Assembly (NCBI GenBank): GCA_036517335.1
Contig: DATDWX010000033.1
Location: forward strand, 9 to 64,008
Direction: 5' to 3'
Length of the DNA: 64,000 nt
Source of the DNA: Minisyncoccota bacterium
Lineage (GTDB): Bacteria; Patescibacteriota; Minisyncoccia; Phycocordibacterales; UBA2100
The translations under genes and the position numbers were made by a program. Shown here piece by piece: positions 47,152-56,595 of the stretch (position 1 is its first letter; every line of letters starts with the position of its first letter). The notes beneath the pieces are model-generated. The model was not told the DNA's origin. It saw only the letters and a program-made list of their open reading frames with translations, and did no database searches.

Positions 47152-50100
47152 ATGCAAAGCTCAATACACACGAATGTCGGGCGCGTTTTTAGGGTCGGTT
47201 TTATTACTTTGATCATCCTTGCTGCAGTGGCTTTGGTGAGCGTTCCATCGGCGGACGCAGCCGTGGCGTACCGCGCTTCGGCCGCGACCTGCAACGCGAC
47301 AGCGAATACTTCCGTGAGCGTTCCTTCTGGCACGATAAACGGCGATGTGATGCTCATGGTCATCAATTCCAAAGACAATGCGGTGCAAGCCACATCTACC
47401 GGCTGGACACGGATCGGTACCCAGCTCAACAACGGCAGCTCGCTGACGACAAGCATCTTCTATCGCGTCGCAAGTAGCGAACCAGCGAGTTACTCGCCTG
47501 CCACGACGGCAGTGTCGCACTGTCTTAGCATCTCATCTTTTAGCGGCGCAGACGCGACTTCTCCCATCAATGCTTCAAGTCAGCGCGCCAACGCATCTTC
47601 TATCACTGTTACCGCAAATGCAATTACGCCAAGTATCGCCGATACACAAATAGTATTTATTTCCGGGTACGGAGACAACAGTACCCATAGCAGTTATAGC
47701 GGAACCAACCCCACCTTTACCGAGCGTTTTGATGTACGTACATCGCTGGGCACGGATAATGCCATTGCGCTTGCATCGGGCGCAAAAACAGACACGACGA
47801 GCACCGGCAACAGGACGGCGGTCGCCACGTCTCCTGCCGCAGTCAACAACGGCTACCTTATCGCCCTTGCGCCGGGAGCGCCCTCGACACTAAGCATCTC
47901 GGGCACCTGTAAGCAGCACGACAACATCACCAACTGTACCGACACGGGGACGGTGCGTGTGGCCGTTGACGGCGTCTTACAGGGGCAAACGCAAGCCACC
48001 GTCGCTGGCTCATGGACCATCTCGGGCGTGACCGCCTCTGCCGGTGCCGTGATTACGGTGTTTATCGACGGCGTCGCCTCGAGCGAAGAGCGCGCAGTAG
48101 CCGTCACCACGTATGTAGGCAGCGGTGACGTGGCAGGGCTCGAGCTCATCGAAGGAGCGCTCAGCCTCGGCAGCAGCGAAAACCGCACCCTCACTAATGC
48201 CAACATCGCGCAGTATGACAATTCGGTATCCGGAGATGCTGATATATTCGACGACGTAAATGCGGGCAACGACCTCACCGTCGATGCCAATAGCTCGATA
48301 ACCGGCGAATTGCTGTACGTAAAAAGCGGCAATACGTACCGCCCCGACAGCACGAGCTCCGGATTCATGACGACGCACGACCTCGAAAACCGAGGAACAC
48401 TTCAGACAGACGGTAATACCATTACGCTCGACGGCTCGTGGAAAAATAGCGGCACGTTTACGGCAAACACTTCGCTGGTCACGTTCAATTCTGCTGTCGG
48501 CGGAACAGTGAGCGGCACCTTAAGCGGCACGTCTGCGTTCAACAAAGTACTATTTGATGGCGGCGGCGCATGGACGATTCAAAATGCTATGAAAGTATCG
48601 GCTGCAAATGCTACTGACACATTTGTGATCAAAAACGGCACGACCACCATCGGCGATTCGAGTGGCGACAATTTGGAAGTAAATGGCAAACTCGTCATCG
48701 CAGGAACCGCCGGAGAAATGGGTACGTTGCAAACTGCGGCCCTCCCACAAGGTAGCACCATCACGATCGACCTCAACAACAACACATCTCCCGCTACATG
48801 CGCCAACTGCATCATTTCTGTCGGTGCTTCTTCTGGCGCTGGCGCTGGCAGCTTGAAGCTGAAGAAAAACACGATTTTGAGGCTCAATCCTCGATCGACG
48901 GCAACAGCATCAGATACCGGTGTCGAAGTACAGTCGACTGGGTATCTGGAGATCCTCGGCAGCCAGGAGGCCACCAACACGGTCGCCTCCCTTACACAAA
49001 ATACATCGGGCACCACGATCACCGTAGCCGGTACGCCGTTTTCTTCTGGCCAGTGGGACGGTATGGCGGTTCGCTTCACGTCTTCGAGCACGCCAAGCTT
49101 CGGCAAAATATACACGGCAACCAGCACGGCAAGCAGCAGTATCACCATCACCGCCGTGACTTCTCCCACCGATTCAGATGCACAGGTACGGGGCGCTGAC
49201 ACGGCCTGTGCAGGAAGCGGCAACTGCACGGTCGATGTTGCGGATACGCTTTTTAGTGCAACCGGTCAGTATGTCGGCAGCTATCTCCACAACATTACCG
49301 ACGACAAGTACTACCTCATAGCAAGTACGACCGAGGCGACCACCGACTCGGTACGCATCGTCAGCAACTCACCGGACGATTTTGCGACGATGAACGATGG
49401 TGACGATGTCGAGATTACCGACGGTATCCGCTCTGGTGATGCGTTCGAGGTCATTGACTACGCCCACGTTACCGCCGAGAGCGGTACCGCATGCACCTCA
49501 GCCATCAATCAGGGCGGTGAGGCGTACATCGCTGGAAAGGCGGGTTCAGAAACAGTGATTCGCTATGCCGATATGTGCAATCTCGGCAAGGGTGTCACAA
49601 GCAAGTTCGGACTTACCTTCGAGAGCGTGAATGGCGCGGGTGCAGGAGAAGGCGTCACGGTCGACGACTCGCGAATACGTAAGGGCATGCGCGGTATCGC
49701 GCTCATCAGTTCGTCGGGGAATAGCGGAGGGAAGGGTATAACCAACAACACTATCGAGAATAGTTTTGATTATGGCCTGCACCTCAACGCCAGTTCCAAT
49801 AATGCCATTTCGTCTAACCTCAGCTCCGATAACCTGGTCGGTATGCTCCTCGAGGCTAGCAGCAACAGCAATACGGTAGCAAGCAACAAGGTGTCTCGCA
49901 GCACCGCACACGGCGTCGCCCTCGTTACCTCTTCGGGTAACTCGGTTACGGATAACAGCATCTTCCACAATGGCACCGTCTACGAAAGTCACCACGGCCT
50001 CTTTTTGCTCGGTACTTCCAACAACAACGTACTTGATGGAAACAAGGTGTACGACAACATCACCTGGGGCGTCGCACTCTTCAACGGCGCATCAAACAAC

Positions 50101-51474
50101 ACCGTCTCCAACAACGACGCGCACAACAATCGCAAATCGGGCATTGTCATCGGAGAATATGACAACACGATTTTCAGCAACCAAAGCTTCAATAACGGCT
50201 ATCACGGCATGACACAAGTCTGCCCCAATGCTGACAACCTCAATACCATTCTCTTCAACAATTCGTTCTACCAGAACGATAAGCTCGGCCTCATGCTCGA
50301 GAGCGGTTTCGATTGTCTCGCTACCGTCATCCATGACAACTACGGCGGGCAGGGCGCCAACGCCGTAGCCGATCTCTGGATGGCCGCCGCAGGAGCGCCA
50401 ACACCGGGAGATCACAAGATGGTGCTGTACGACACGACGCTCGCCTCTCCGACCGAGTCCAACTTTACCGAGGTGGCGAACGTAAACGCGTACGCGATAT
50501 CAAAGAAGCACGACGGGGCAAGCGGCGCTACGCAAATCTGGGGTAAGTACGCGGTACCGGCAAATGATTCCGAAACGCCGCAAAATGAAAGCATCGCAGC
50601 GTACAATTATGCAAACAATCTCTGGGAGAAGAGCGCATCGCCCCACGGCTACGCGGGTACGGGAACCGAAGACAGCAATCTCAACTACGATCTCTCTACT
50701 GCAACGCTCTCTGGAGGTCCCTACCACTACCGAGCCACAGTCAAGACCGCCGGCAGTGCAAACTGCGCGACCGCAGCCGAGTTTGACGTATATCGCAACA
50801 ATGTAGACGTGGGCGATGCTACGTGCGGCAGCACCTTTACCGACGCCACGACCGGGGTATCGTTCAAGATCGACGGCGGAGCGACCGGGTACGCAGTCGG
50901 CGATTCGTACACGTTTACCGCATGGGACGCTTCAGGCGACAGCAGCACACAAAAGACCGTGACCATGATGCAGGATAAGGACACCTTCACCACTCCTGTG
51001 TCCACAACACTAGAACTGAAAGGTGAATCTGCCAGCCTCAATCCTACACTCATTACTCGCGGCGGCACCGGCGGGTACCAGTTTGCAATTAACGGTACGC
51101 TCGATGCCGATAGCTACCAATTCGACTACCTCGGCGGTACCGGGCAGAGCGCCGGACTGCTCCTCAACAGCGGCTCGACGATTGCCTCGCTCGATAACGG
51201 CAGCTTCGACAACTTCGGGGTAGGCAGCGGCAGCGCCGATGCCTTTGTCCAAGTGGCCAGCTCGCTCATCGGCTCGAGTACGCCCGCCCTCCTTATCTCT
51301 GGCACAAACTTCGCAAATTCCGGCTCAAATGCGGAGTGTAACCTCAATGCAAGTGGGTCAGCAGCGGGCTACTGGGAATTCCAGAGCTTCACGGGAGCGT
51401 TCGCGGGAGAGAACTTCGATTGTCAAAACGGCTCAGCCGATTCCGACCCGGGCAACTTCGTCTGGACACCGTAG
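47152..51474 (+). CDS. Giant secreted/anchored right-handed beta-helix (PbH1 repeat) surface protein, 1440 aa
   Basis: Signal/TM at the N-terminus. Numerous N-x-[IV]-x-x-N parallel beta-helix repeats (NNTIENSFDYGLHLNASSNNAISSN...). Confidence 0.7.
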   Translation: MQSSIHTNVGRVFRVGFITLIILAAVALVSVPSADAAVAYRASAATCNATANTSVSVPSGTINGDVMLMVINSKDNAVQATSTGWTRIGTQLNNGSSLTTSIFYRVASSEPASYSPATTAVSHCLSISSFSGADATSPINASSQRANASSITVTANAITPSIADTQIVFISGYGDNSTHSSYSGTNPTFTERFDVRTSLGTDNAIALASGAKTDTTSTGNRTAVATSPAAVNNGYLIALAPGAPSTLSISGTCKQHDNITNCTDTGTVRVAVDGVLQGQTQATVAGSWTISGVTASAGAVITVFIDGVASSEERAVAVTTYVGSGDVAGLELIEGALSLGSSENRTLTNANIAQYDNSVSGDADIFDDVNAGNDLTVDANSSITGELLYVKSGNTYRPDSTSSGFMTTHDLENRGTLQTDGNTITLDGSWKNSGTFTANTSLVTFNSAVGGTVSGTLSGTSAFNKVLFDGGGAWTIQNAMKVSAANATDTFVIKNGTTTIGDSSGDNLEVNGKLVIAGTAGEMGTLQTAALPQGSTITIDLNNNTSPATCANCIISVGASSGAGAGSLKLKKNTILRLNPRSTATASDTGVEVQSTGYLEILGSQEATNTVASLTQNTSGTTITVAGTPFSSGQWDGMAVRFTSSSTPSFGKIYTATSTASSSITITAVTSPTDSDAQVRGADTACAGSGNCTVDVADTLFSATGQYVGSYLHNITDDKYYLIASTTEATTDSVRIVSNSPDDFATMNDGDDVEITDGIRSGDAFEVIDYAHVTAESGTACTSAINQGGEAYIAGKAGSETVIRYADMCNLGKGVTSKFGLTFESVNGAGAGEGVTVDDSRIRKGMRGIALISSSGNSGGKGITNNTIENSFDYGLHLNASSNNAISSNLSSDNLVGMLLEASSNSNTVASNKVSRSTAHGVALVTSSGNSVTDNSIFHNGTVYESHHGLFLLGTSNNNVLDGNKVYDNITWGVALFNGASNNTVSNNDAHNNRKSGIVIGEYDNTIFSNQSFNNGYHGMTQVCPNADNLNTILFNNSFYQNDKLGLMLESGFDCLATVIHDNYGGQGANAVADLWMAAAGAPTPGDHKMVLYDTTLASPTESNFTEVANVNAYAISKKHDGASGATQIWGKYAVPANDSETPQNESIAAYNYANNLWEKSASPHGYAGTGTEDSNLNYDLSTATLSGGPYHYRATVKTAGSANCATAAEFDVYRNNVDVGDATCGSTFTDATTGVSFKIDGGATGYAVGDSYTFTAWDASGDSSTQKTVTMMQDKDTFTTPVSTTLELKGESASLNPTLITRGGTGGYQFAINGTLDADSYQFDYLGGTGQSAGLLLNSGSTIASLDNGSFDNFGVGSGSADAFVQVASSLIGSSTPALLISGTNFANSGSNAECNLNASGSAAGYWEFQSFTGAFAGENFDCQNGSADSDPGNFVWTP

Positions 51475-51616
51475 AAAGACCCTGAGGTTTGAAAAGACGC
51501 AGCAACTCATTTCCGCGAACCCTCGAAAATGGAGGGTAGATACGTAGAATGGAACTGGAGCCCACGACACTCGACAATTGTCTTCTTCACTTTCTTTACT
51601 GCGTTCGCACCTTTAG

Positions 51617-51673
51617 CAGGTCACACCACTTCCTCCCCAACCCGTCAGATATGTTCGAAGGAGAGAACAGTTT
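51617..51673 (+). repeat. Synonymously recoded duplicate of the PD-(D/E)XK nuclease 3' end (HFLPNPSDMFEGENSFDI*)
   Basis: Same peptide as 46946-46999 with synonymous substitutions (tcc to agt Ser, ttt to ttc, gat to gac, and others). Lies 4.6 kb downstream, after the giant gene and immediately before REP-B/RAYT2. Confidence 0.7.
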
Positions 51674-51707
51674 CGACATTTAACGTCTTGGGTTATTGGA
51701 AAAATAA

Positions 51708-51744
51708 TGAAAGACATCGGATGTTGGACATCCGATGTCTTTCA
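51708..51744. repeat. REP-like palindrome TGAAAGACATCGGATG-ttgga-CATCCGATGTCTTTCA upstream of RAYT2
   Basis: 16-bp perfect arms. Shares the GACATCCGATGTC core with 52426-52452. Confidence 0.7.
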
Positions 51745-51759
51745 TGGTATCATTGGGGT

Positions 51760-52422
51760 ATGGATCTGTACCACATTTGCAATCGGGGTGTCGATAAGCG
51801 AGAGGTGTTTCTTGATGATGGCGATCGCACACGATTCGTTCATGACCTGTATGTAATGAACGATGTGCATTCGGTGCCGAATCACGGCCGTCATGAGCTA
51901 GGCAACATATCAGATGCAGGACACGAACGAGAGCCACTTGTTCATTTGTACGCATGGTGTCTCATGCCCAACCATTACCACCTACTCCTGTCCCCGGTCG
52001 ACGATGAGCCCGCGAATCTGTCTTTGTTTGCGCAGAAAGTGGGCATGGGCTACTCGAAGTTTTTCAATAAAAAATACAAACGATCCGGTGCCCTTTGGCA
52101 GGGGAAACATAAAAAGGTGCATATACAACGAGACGCTCATTTCCTCTATATTCCGTTCTATATCCATCTTAATCCTCTCGACCTATCGATTCCGGAATGG
52201 CGTCACGGGCGGGTGAAGGATGTGGACAAGGCCTTGGAACAACTAAGCGGCTATCGCTGGAGCAGTTTTCTCGACTATACTGGAGTAAAAAATTTCCCGT
52301 CCCTTATCGACAAACCTCTGCTTACAGATATGCTCGGTTCGCGCAAGAAACAAAGCAAGATAATAGCGGATATCATCGGCGACGGAATATTGGCAAATTC
52401 CAGCTGGGCATTAGAGATGTAG
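51760..52422 (+). CDS. REP-associated tyrosine transposase (RAYT) / IS200-like HUH-Y1 transposase, copy 2
   Basis: AWCLMPNHYHLLL (HUH) and FYIHLNPLD (Y1). 220 aa, a paralogue of 36666-37328. Confidence 0.8.
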   Translation: MDLYHICNRGVDKREVFLDDGDRTRFVHDLYVMNDVHSVPNHGRHELGNISDAGHEREPLVHLYAWCLMPNHYHLLLSPVDDEPANLSLFAQKVGMGYSKFFNKKYKRSGALWQGKHKKVHIQRDAHFLYIPFYIHLNPLDLSIPEWRHGRVKDVDKALEQLSGYRWSSFLDYTGVKNFPSLIDKPLLTDMLGSRKKQSKIIADIIGDGILANSSWALEM

Positions 52423-52425
52423 AAC

Positions 52426-52452
52426 AATGAGGGACATCCGATGTCCTTCATT
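52426..52452. repeat. REP-like palindrome AATGAGGGACATCCGATGTCCTTCATT immediately downstream of RAYT2
   Basis: 13-bp arms with one mismatch. Confidence 0.65.
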
Positions 52453-52464
52453 GGTAAAGGATTG

Positions 52465-52782
52465 TTACTGGATTAAATGCGGCGCGAATATCAGGGCGAA
52501 TGTAAAAAAGAGTAGAAAAAGCCACAATGGGGAAGTTAATACGACAAGAATTACCCATCTTCGTTTGATGAACGTATCGGTGACCCGATTGCTTAAACTG
52601 GATGAGTCAGGTCTAGCCTTGAATGCGAAAAGGATAGAAGCACCTATGGCTATGCTAGTTAACCCAACAAGACGGACCATTCCTTCATCGCACTGTCCTG
52701 AACCTGCTCCACAGGGCGCCAAACTAATTAAGAGAATGATAAAACCAATCGCAAAGAAAACGGCTGCGGAAAGTGCCCTCAT
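52465..52782 (-). CDS. Hypothetical 3-TM membrane protein
   Basis: ORF only. Confidence 0.3.
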   Translation of the reverse strand: MRALSAAVFFAIGFIILLISLAPCGAGSGQCDEGMVRLVGLTSIAIGASILFAFKARPDSSSLSNRVTDTFIKRRWVILVVLTSPLWLFLLFFTFALIFAPHLIQ

Positions 52783-52792
52783 GATACATCGT

Positions 52793-53296
52793 TTACCGAG
52801 CGCGGACTTTGAGTTTGGTCTGCCGAGCCTTATTGATCTTTGGCAGGCGGATCATGAGGATGCCGTGCTTTTCACTAGCTTCGGCCAGGTCCACGTCTAC
52901 TTCTTCGGGGAGGAGGATGGTGCGGGAAAATGAGCCCCAGTAGAGCTCCTTTTGATAGTAGTTGTCTTCCTCGACTTCTTTTTCATCCTGCCTTGTGCCC
53001 GATACGGTCAGCGTCTCACGCGTGAGAGAAATGTCTACAGAATTTGGCTGCACGCCAGCAATGAGCGCTTTCACCACGATGGCGTCCGGCGTCTGGTATA
53101 CGTCTACCGCTAATTCCCCAGCCACATCATCACCCGCTTCCTTCGGCCAGCTTTCGCCCTTGGTACTGATATGCGCGTGGCGCTCGCCGCCTGCCCCATG
53201 GAAAACGGCCGGCGTGCCAGCTGCAAAAGTGTCATCGGAATAATCATCATCGCTACCGCCCGCGAGCCTTGAGAAAAAAGATTGTTTTTTCACCAT
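52793..53296 (-). CDS. Small heat-shock protein (Hsp20/alpha-crystallin family)
   Basis: Alpha-crystallin domain (LAVDVYQTPDAIVVKALIAGV...SFSRTILLPEEVDVDLAEASEKHGILMIRLPK). Confidence 0.75.
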   Translation of the reverse strand: MVKKQSFFSRLAGGSDDDYSDDTFAAGTPAVFHGAGGERHAHISTKGESWPKEAGDDVAGELAVDVYQTPDAIVVKALIAGVQPNSVDISLTRETLTVSGTRQDEKEVEEDNYYQKELYWGSFSRTILLPEEVDVDLAEASEKHGILMIRLPKINKARQTKLKVRAR

Positions 53297-53327
53297 ATAT
53301 TCGTTTCCATTATACACTAGCTACACA

Positions 53328-54017
53328 CTACCGATGTCGCGGAATGCGTTTGATGAATTCCAACAAGGCGAGGAGCGCTATGAGACCGAGCCACACGAAT
53401 GCAAAGGTGCGGATCATATGCTCCGGCGCCGTGTTCATTATGAGGAAGTTGAAGAGACCATGCAAGAGAATGGAGAGGATAACTCCGGCAAGGAGATAAC
53501 GGACGCGGATACGCCACGGTCTGTAGAACGAAAACGCGAGCGAAGCGCCGATCGCAGAGGAGGCAAGTACATGCAAGAGCGTCGCGCCGACGAACCGAAA
53601 GTCTCCGGTAATAATCGTTTGGCTAAGCGAAATGCCGGAGAGCGGGGAGAGGAGAAAGAGGGTGTTTTCTGCTGCAGCAAATCCGAGCGCGACGGCAAGC
53701 ATGTAAATGATGGGATCGATCGGCTCGTCGTTTTCCCTCCTGCGTAGTACCGTGATCCACGCCACGGCAAATTTCATCAATTCTTCGATCGCCGACCAAG
53801 CGACGAAGATGAGCGTTTGGCTGACAAGGAGGCCAGCGACCCACTGCTCGATGGGGATCACCAGCCCCACTGCCACCATTCCTGCCAAGAACGCAAGGGC
53901 GATCAGCTTGCGCGGCTCAGGATGTTTGGAATCCTCGCGCAGCCAAAACCACAGCCACAAGAAGGTGGGCAATACGCCGCCGCCGGCCGCGATGAGAAAA
54001 GGAAAAGCTTCGTCCAC
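53328..54017 (-). CDS. Multi-TM protein, possibly a PrsW-family intramembrane protease
   Basis: E-E-x-x-K (IEELMK), F-x-x-x-H...H (FRFVGATLLH, HGLFNF) in TM segments. Confidence 0.45.
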   Translation of the reverse strand: MDEAFPFLIAAGGGVLPTFLWLWFWLREDSKHPEPRKLIALAFLAGMVAVGLVIPIEQWVAGLLVSQTLIFVAWSAIEELMKFAVAWITVLRRRENDEPIDPIIYMLAVALGFAAAENTLFLLSPLSGISLSQTIITGDFRFVGATLLHVLASSAIGASLAFSFYRPWRIRVRYLLAGVILSILLHGLFNFLIMNTAPEHMIRTFAFVWLGLIALLALLEFIKRIPRHR

Positions 54018-54024
54018 TTCCGAA

Positions 54025-56148
54025 TTATTGCACAGTTGGCCATTTTGCGACCATCAGCAATCCACACTCTTTCTCCGGCAGCTCTTGCCAGATCGCTTCG
54101 GTGACGAAGGGCATGAAGGGGTGGAGGAGTTTTAGAATTACAATCAGCGATTGATATAATGCAACTGCACGGGACTGAACCGTCTCGGGATTGTTTAAGA
54201 TGGACTTGCTTTCTTCTATGACCTGGCTCGCGAAATAATCCCAAACATATGGGTATAAAATGCCGATTGCCATGTCGAATCGATATTTTTCAATCTGCGC
54301 AGTAACTTCCGCGGCCTTTTGATAAGCCTCGTCTACAATTTGTTTGTCTTGTCCTCTAAGTTCTACTTCTGAAGAAACATAATGATCAAGAATAAATCGC
54401 GTTATATTCCATAATTTGTTTGCGAACTTTTTGTAGGCGATAGTTTTTCTTGTATCAAGATTGAGATCGGTGCCTGGCGTGTTGCCCACGATGAGCCCCA
54501 TGCGCAATGCATCGGTACCGAATTCTTTCGATACCTCCAGAGGAGAAATAACGTTGCCCCTTGATTTGCTCATCTTTTGTCCTTTTGCATCTCGCACGAG
54601 ACCGTGGAGGTAGACGTGTTTGAACGGAACCTCGCCCGTGACATAGAGGCCGAGCATGATCATGCGCGCCACCCAGAAAAAGAGAATGTCGGCGCCCGTT
54701 TCCATCACACTTGTCGGATAGAATGCTTTGAAATCTTCACCGTCTGGCCAACTCAGCGTGATGAATGGCCACTGACCCGATGAGAACCACGTGTCGAAGG
54801 TGTCGGGGTCCTTGGTCCAGCCATCGCCGGGAGAATTTTCTTGGATCTTCCACTCATCGTTTTTTTGCCATGCAGGGATAGGTATACCCCAGACGATCTG
54901 GCGCGAAATGTTCCAGTCTTGGATGTTCTCTAGCCAGTGCAACAATATTTTCTCGTGCGACTCGGTGAGTATCTTGACACCGCCCTCTTTGACCGCTGCT
55001 ATCGCCCGCTCGGCAAGCGGCTGCATTTTGACGAACCACTGCGCCTTCACCTGCGGCTCTATTTCGCGAGCGCATTTATAGCACACGGGCACCTCGTGCT
55101 CGTATTTTTCGTCGATTTTTACCAAAAGTCCCTTCTGTTCCAAATTCGCGACGATTTTTTCTCGCGCCTCTTTGATATTCATTCCGGCAAATTCGCCAGC
55201 TATGGGGAGTAGCTTCCCGCGCCAGTCAATGATTTGTTCAAACGGAAGATTGTGCCGCTGCGCTATCTCAAAATCAATTGGATCGTGCCAGGGCGTGATC
55301 GTCATAACGCCGCTTCCGAGCTCCATGTCGATAGCCTCATCCTTGACCACGGTCGCGGTAATTTTCCCGTTGATCCATTCCACCTCGAATTGCTGGCCTT
55401 CTTTGTACTCCGCGTAGCGCTCGTCCGCCGGATGCATCACGACGTATTTGTCGCCGAACTTAGTCTCCGGTCGTGCGGTCGCGATGACGAACGGGCCGTA
55501 TTGGAGGTAGTAGAATTTGTCGGTACGCGTCTGTCGCTCGGTCTCGAGATTCGAAAGTGAGGTCTGATGCTTGGGGCACCAATTGACGATGCGGGAGCCT
55601 CGGTAGAGAAGCCCATCATCCGAAAGTTTTTGAAATGTTGCATACACTGTCTTGACCACACGTTCATCAAGTGTGAAAAGTTCGCGCGACCAATCACACG
55701 AAGCGCCGAGCGCTCGCAGCTGGCCTCCCATAAACGATTTATTTTCTAGCGTGAAGGTCAATATTTCCTTGTATAGTTCCTCCGGTTCCATGTCGAAGCG
55801 CGAACGGCCCTCTTTTTCAAGCTTTTTTTCGTACACCACCTGCGTCTCGAATCCCGCATGATCCGCACCCGGAAGCCATAGCGCCTTCTTGCCACGCATG
55901 CGCTGGTAGCGAATCATAATGTCTTCTAGTGTCACGAAAAGTGCGTGGCCGGCATGCAAAGAACCATTCGCATTGGGCGGCGGCATTATGATCGTGAATG
56001 GTTCACGATCACCCTGAGCGGAGTCGAAGGGTTGTACCTTGTCGGGGTTAAAGTAGCCGCTGCGCTCCCAGCGGGTGTATACCGCGCTTTCGTGGTCGGC
56101 TGGATTATATGGCTTGAGAAAAATCTCGGGGGCTTTAGATGGCTCCAT
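54025..56148 (-). CDS. valS: Valine--tRNA ligase (compact, 707 aa)
   Basis: PPPNANGSLHAGHA (HIGH), KMSKS, WLPGADHAGFETQ. Confidence 0.85.
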   Translation of the reverse strand: MEPSKAPEIFLKPYNPADHESAVYTRWERSGYFNPDKVQPFDSAQGDREPFTIIMPPPNANGSLHAGHALFVTLEDIMIRYQRMRGKKALWLPGADHAGFETQVVYEKKLEKEGRSRFDMEPEELYKEILTFTLENKSFMGGQLRALGASCDWSRELFTLDERVVKTVYATFQKLSDDGLLYRGSRIVNWCPKHQTSLSNLETERQTRTDKFYYLQYGPFVIATARPETKFGDKYVVMHPADERYAEYKEGQQFEVEWINGKITATVVKDEAIDMELGSGVMTITPWHDPIDFEIAQRHNLPFEQIIDWRGKLLPIAGEFAGMNIKEAREKIVANLEQKGLLVKIDEKYEHEVPVCYKCAREIEPQVKAQWFVKMQPLAERAIAAVKEGGVKILTESHEKILLHWLENIQDWNISRQIVWGIPIPAWQKNDEWKIQENSPGDGWTKDPDTFDTWFSSGQWPFITLSWPDGEDFKAFYPTSVMETGADILFFWVARMIMLGLYVTGEVPFKHVYLHGLVRDAKGQKMSKSRGNVISPLEVSKEFGTDALRMGLIVGNTPGTDLNLDTRKTIAYKKFANKLWNITRFILDHYVSSEVELRGQDKQIVDEAYQKAAEVTAQIEKYRFDMAIGILYPYVWDYFASQVIEESKSILNNPETVQSRAVALYQSLIVILKLLHPFMPFVTEAIWQELPEKECGLLMVAKWPTVQ

Positions 56149-56595
56149 CTCGCCATCCTAGCAGGAAGATGAACCATTTTCGAGGACTAAGCGCGACCCA
56201 ACCGCGTGTACCGATGGAATCTATCTCTACATGCAAAAAAAACGCAGCGACAGGTATAAGCTGCCGCTGCAAGTGTTGGCTGTCAAACGGAATGACCCTT
56301 GTTAAGCTTTGGGGCGTACCCATTTTCGTATGGTCTTGTCCCATACGAGCATGGGCAGCCCGCTCGAGGCAGTTCTTGGATCGGGGCACTGGGTAACACC
56401 CCGCTCTAGGAGGAAGCGCTCTATTACTCCGAGTTCTTCCGCGCGGGGCGGCGAGTTCCGCACGGGAGAGGACTTGGTCCGCGGTTGCGGATTGGCAACA
56501 TGTGGACGCGGAGCCGGCAACGAGGTTCTCCGCACTCCCCGCTCCAGCGCAGGCGTGCGATCTGCTCCAGACGCGCGGTCCGTTTCTTCGGTTGG
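56149..56595 (-). promoter_or_regulatory. Roughly 450-nt structured, GC-rich 5' leader of valS with an internal intrinsic terminator (candidate T-box or attenuator)
   Basis: Non-coding. A terminator sits about 75 nt upstream of the valS ATG. AGUAAUAGAG and AGGGU...CCG blocks are present, but there is no clean T-box consensus. Confidence 0.4.
56236..56271 (-). terminator. Rho-independent terminator on the minus strand (gcagcggcag cttatac ctgtcgctgc + UUUUUUUU)
   Basis: 10-bp stem and 8 U. Located inside the valS leader. Confidence 0.65.

Noticed and set aside
40705-51673. Diversity-generating retroelement (template/variable repeat) explanation for the duplicated gene termini
   Set aside because: Differences between copies are almost entirely synonymous third-position changes, not adenine-specific non-synonymous changes. 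No reverse transcriptase is present.
56149-56595. Structured RNA gene (RNase P RNA, tmRNA, SRP RNA, 6S) in the 450-nt gap upstream of valS
   Set aside because: I could not find RNase P P4 (AGGAAAGUCC), tmRNA tRNA-like ends or tag ORF, or SRP helix-8 motifs on either strand. It is kept only as a candidate cis-regulatory leader.
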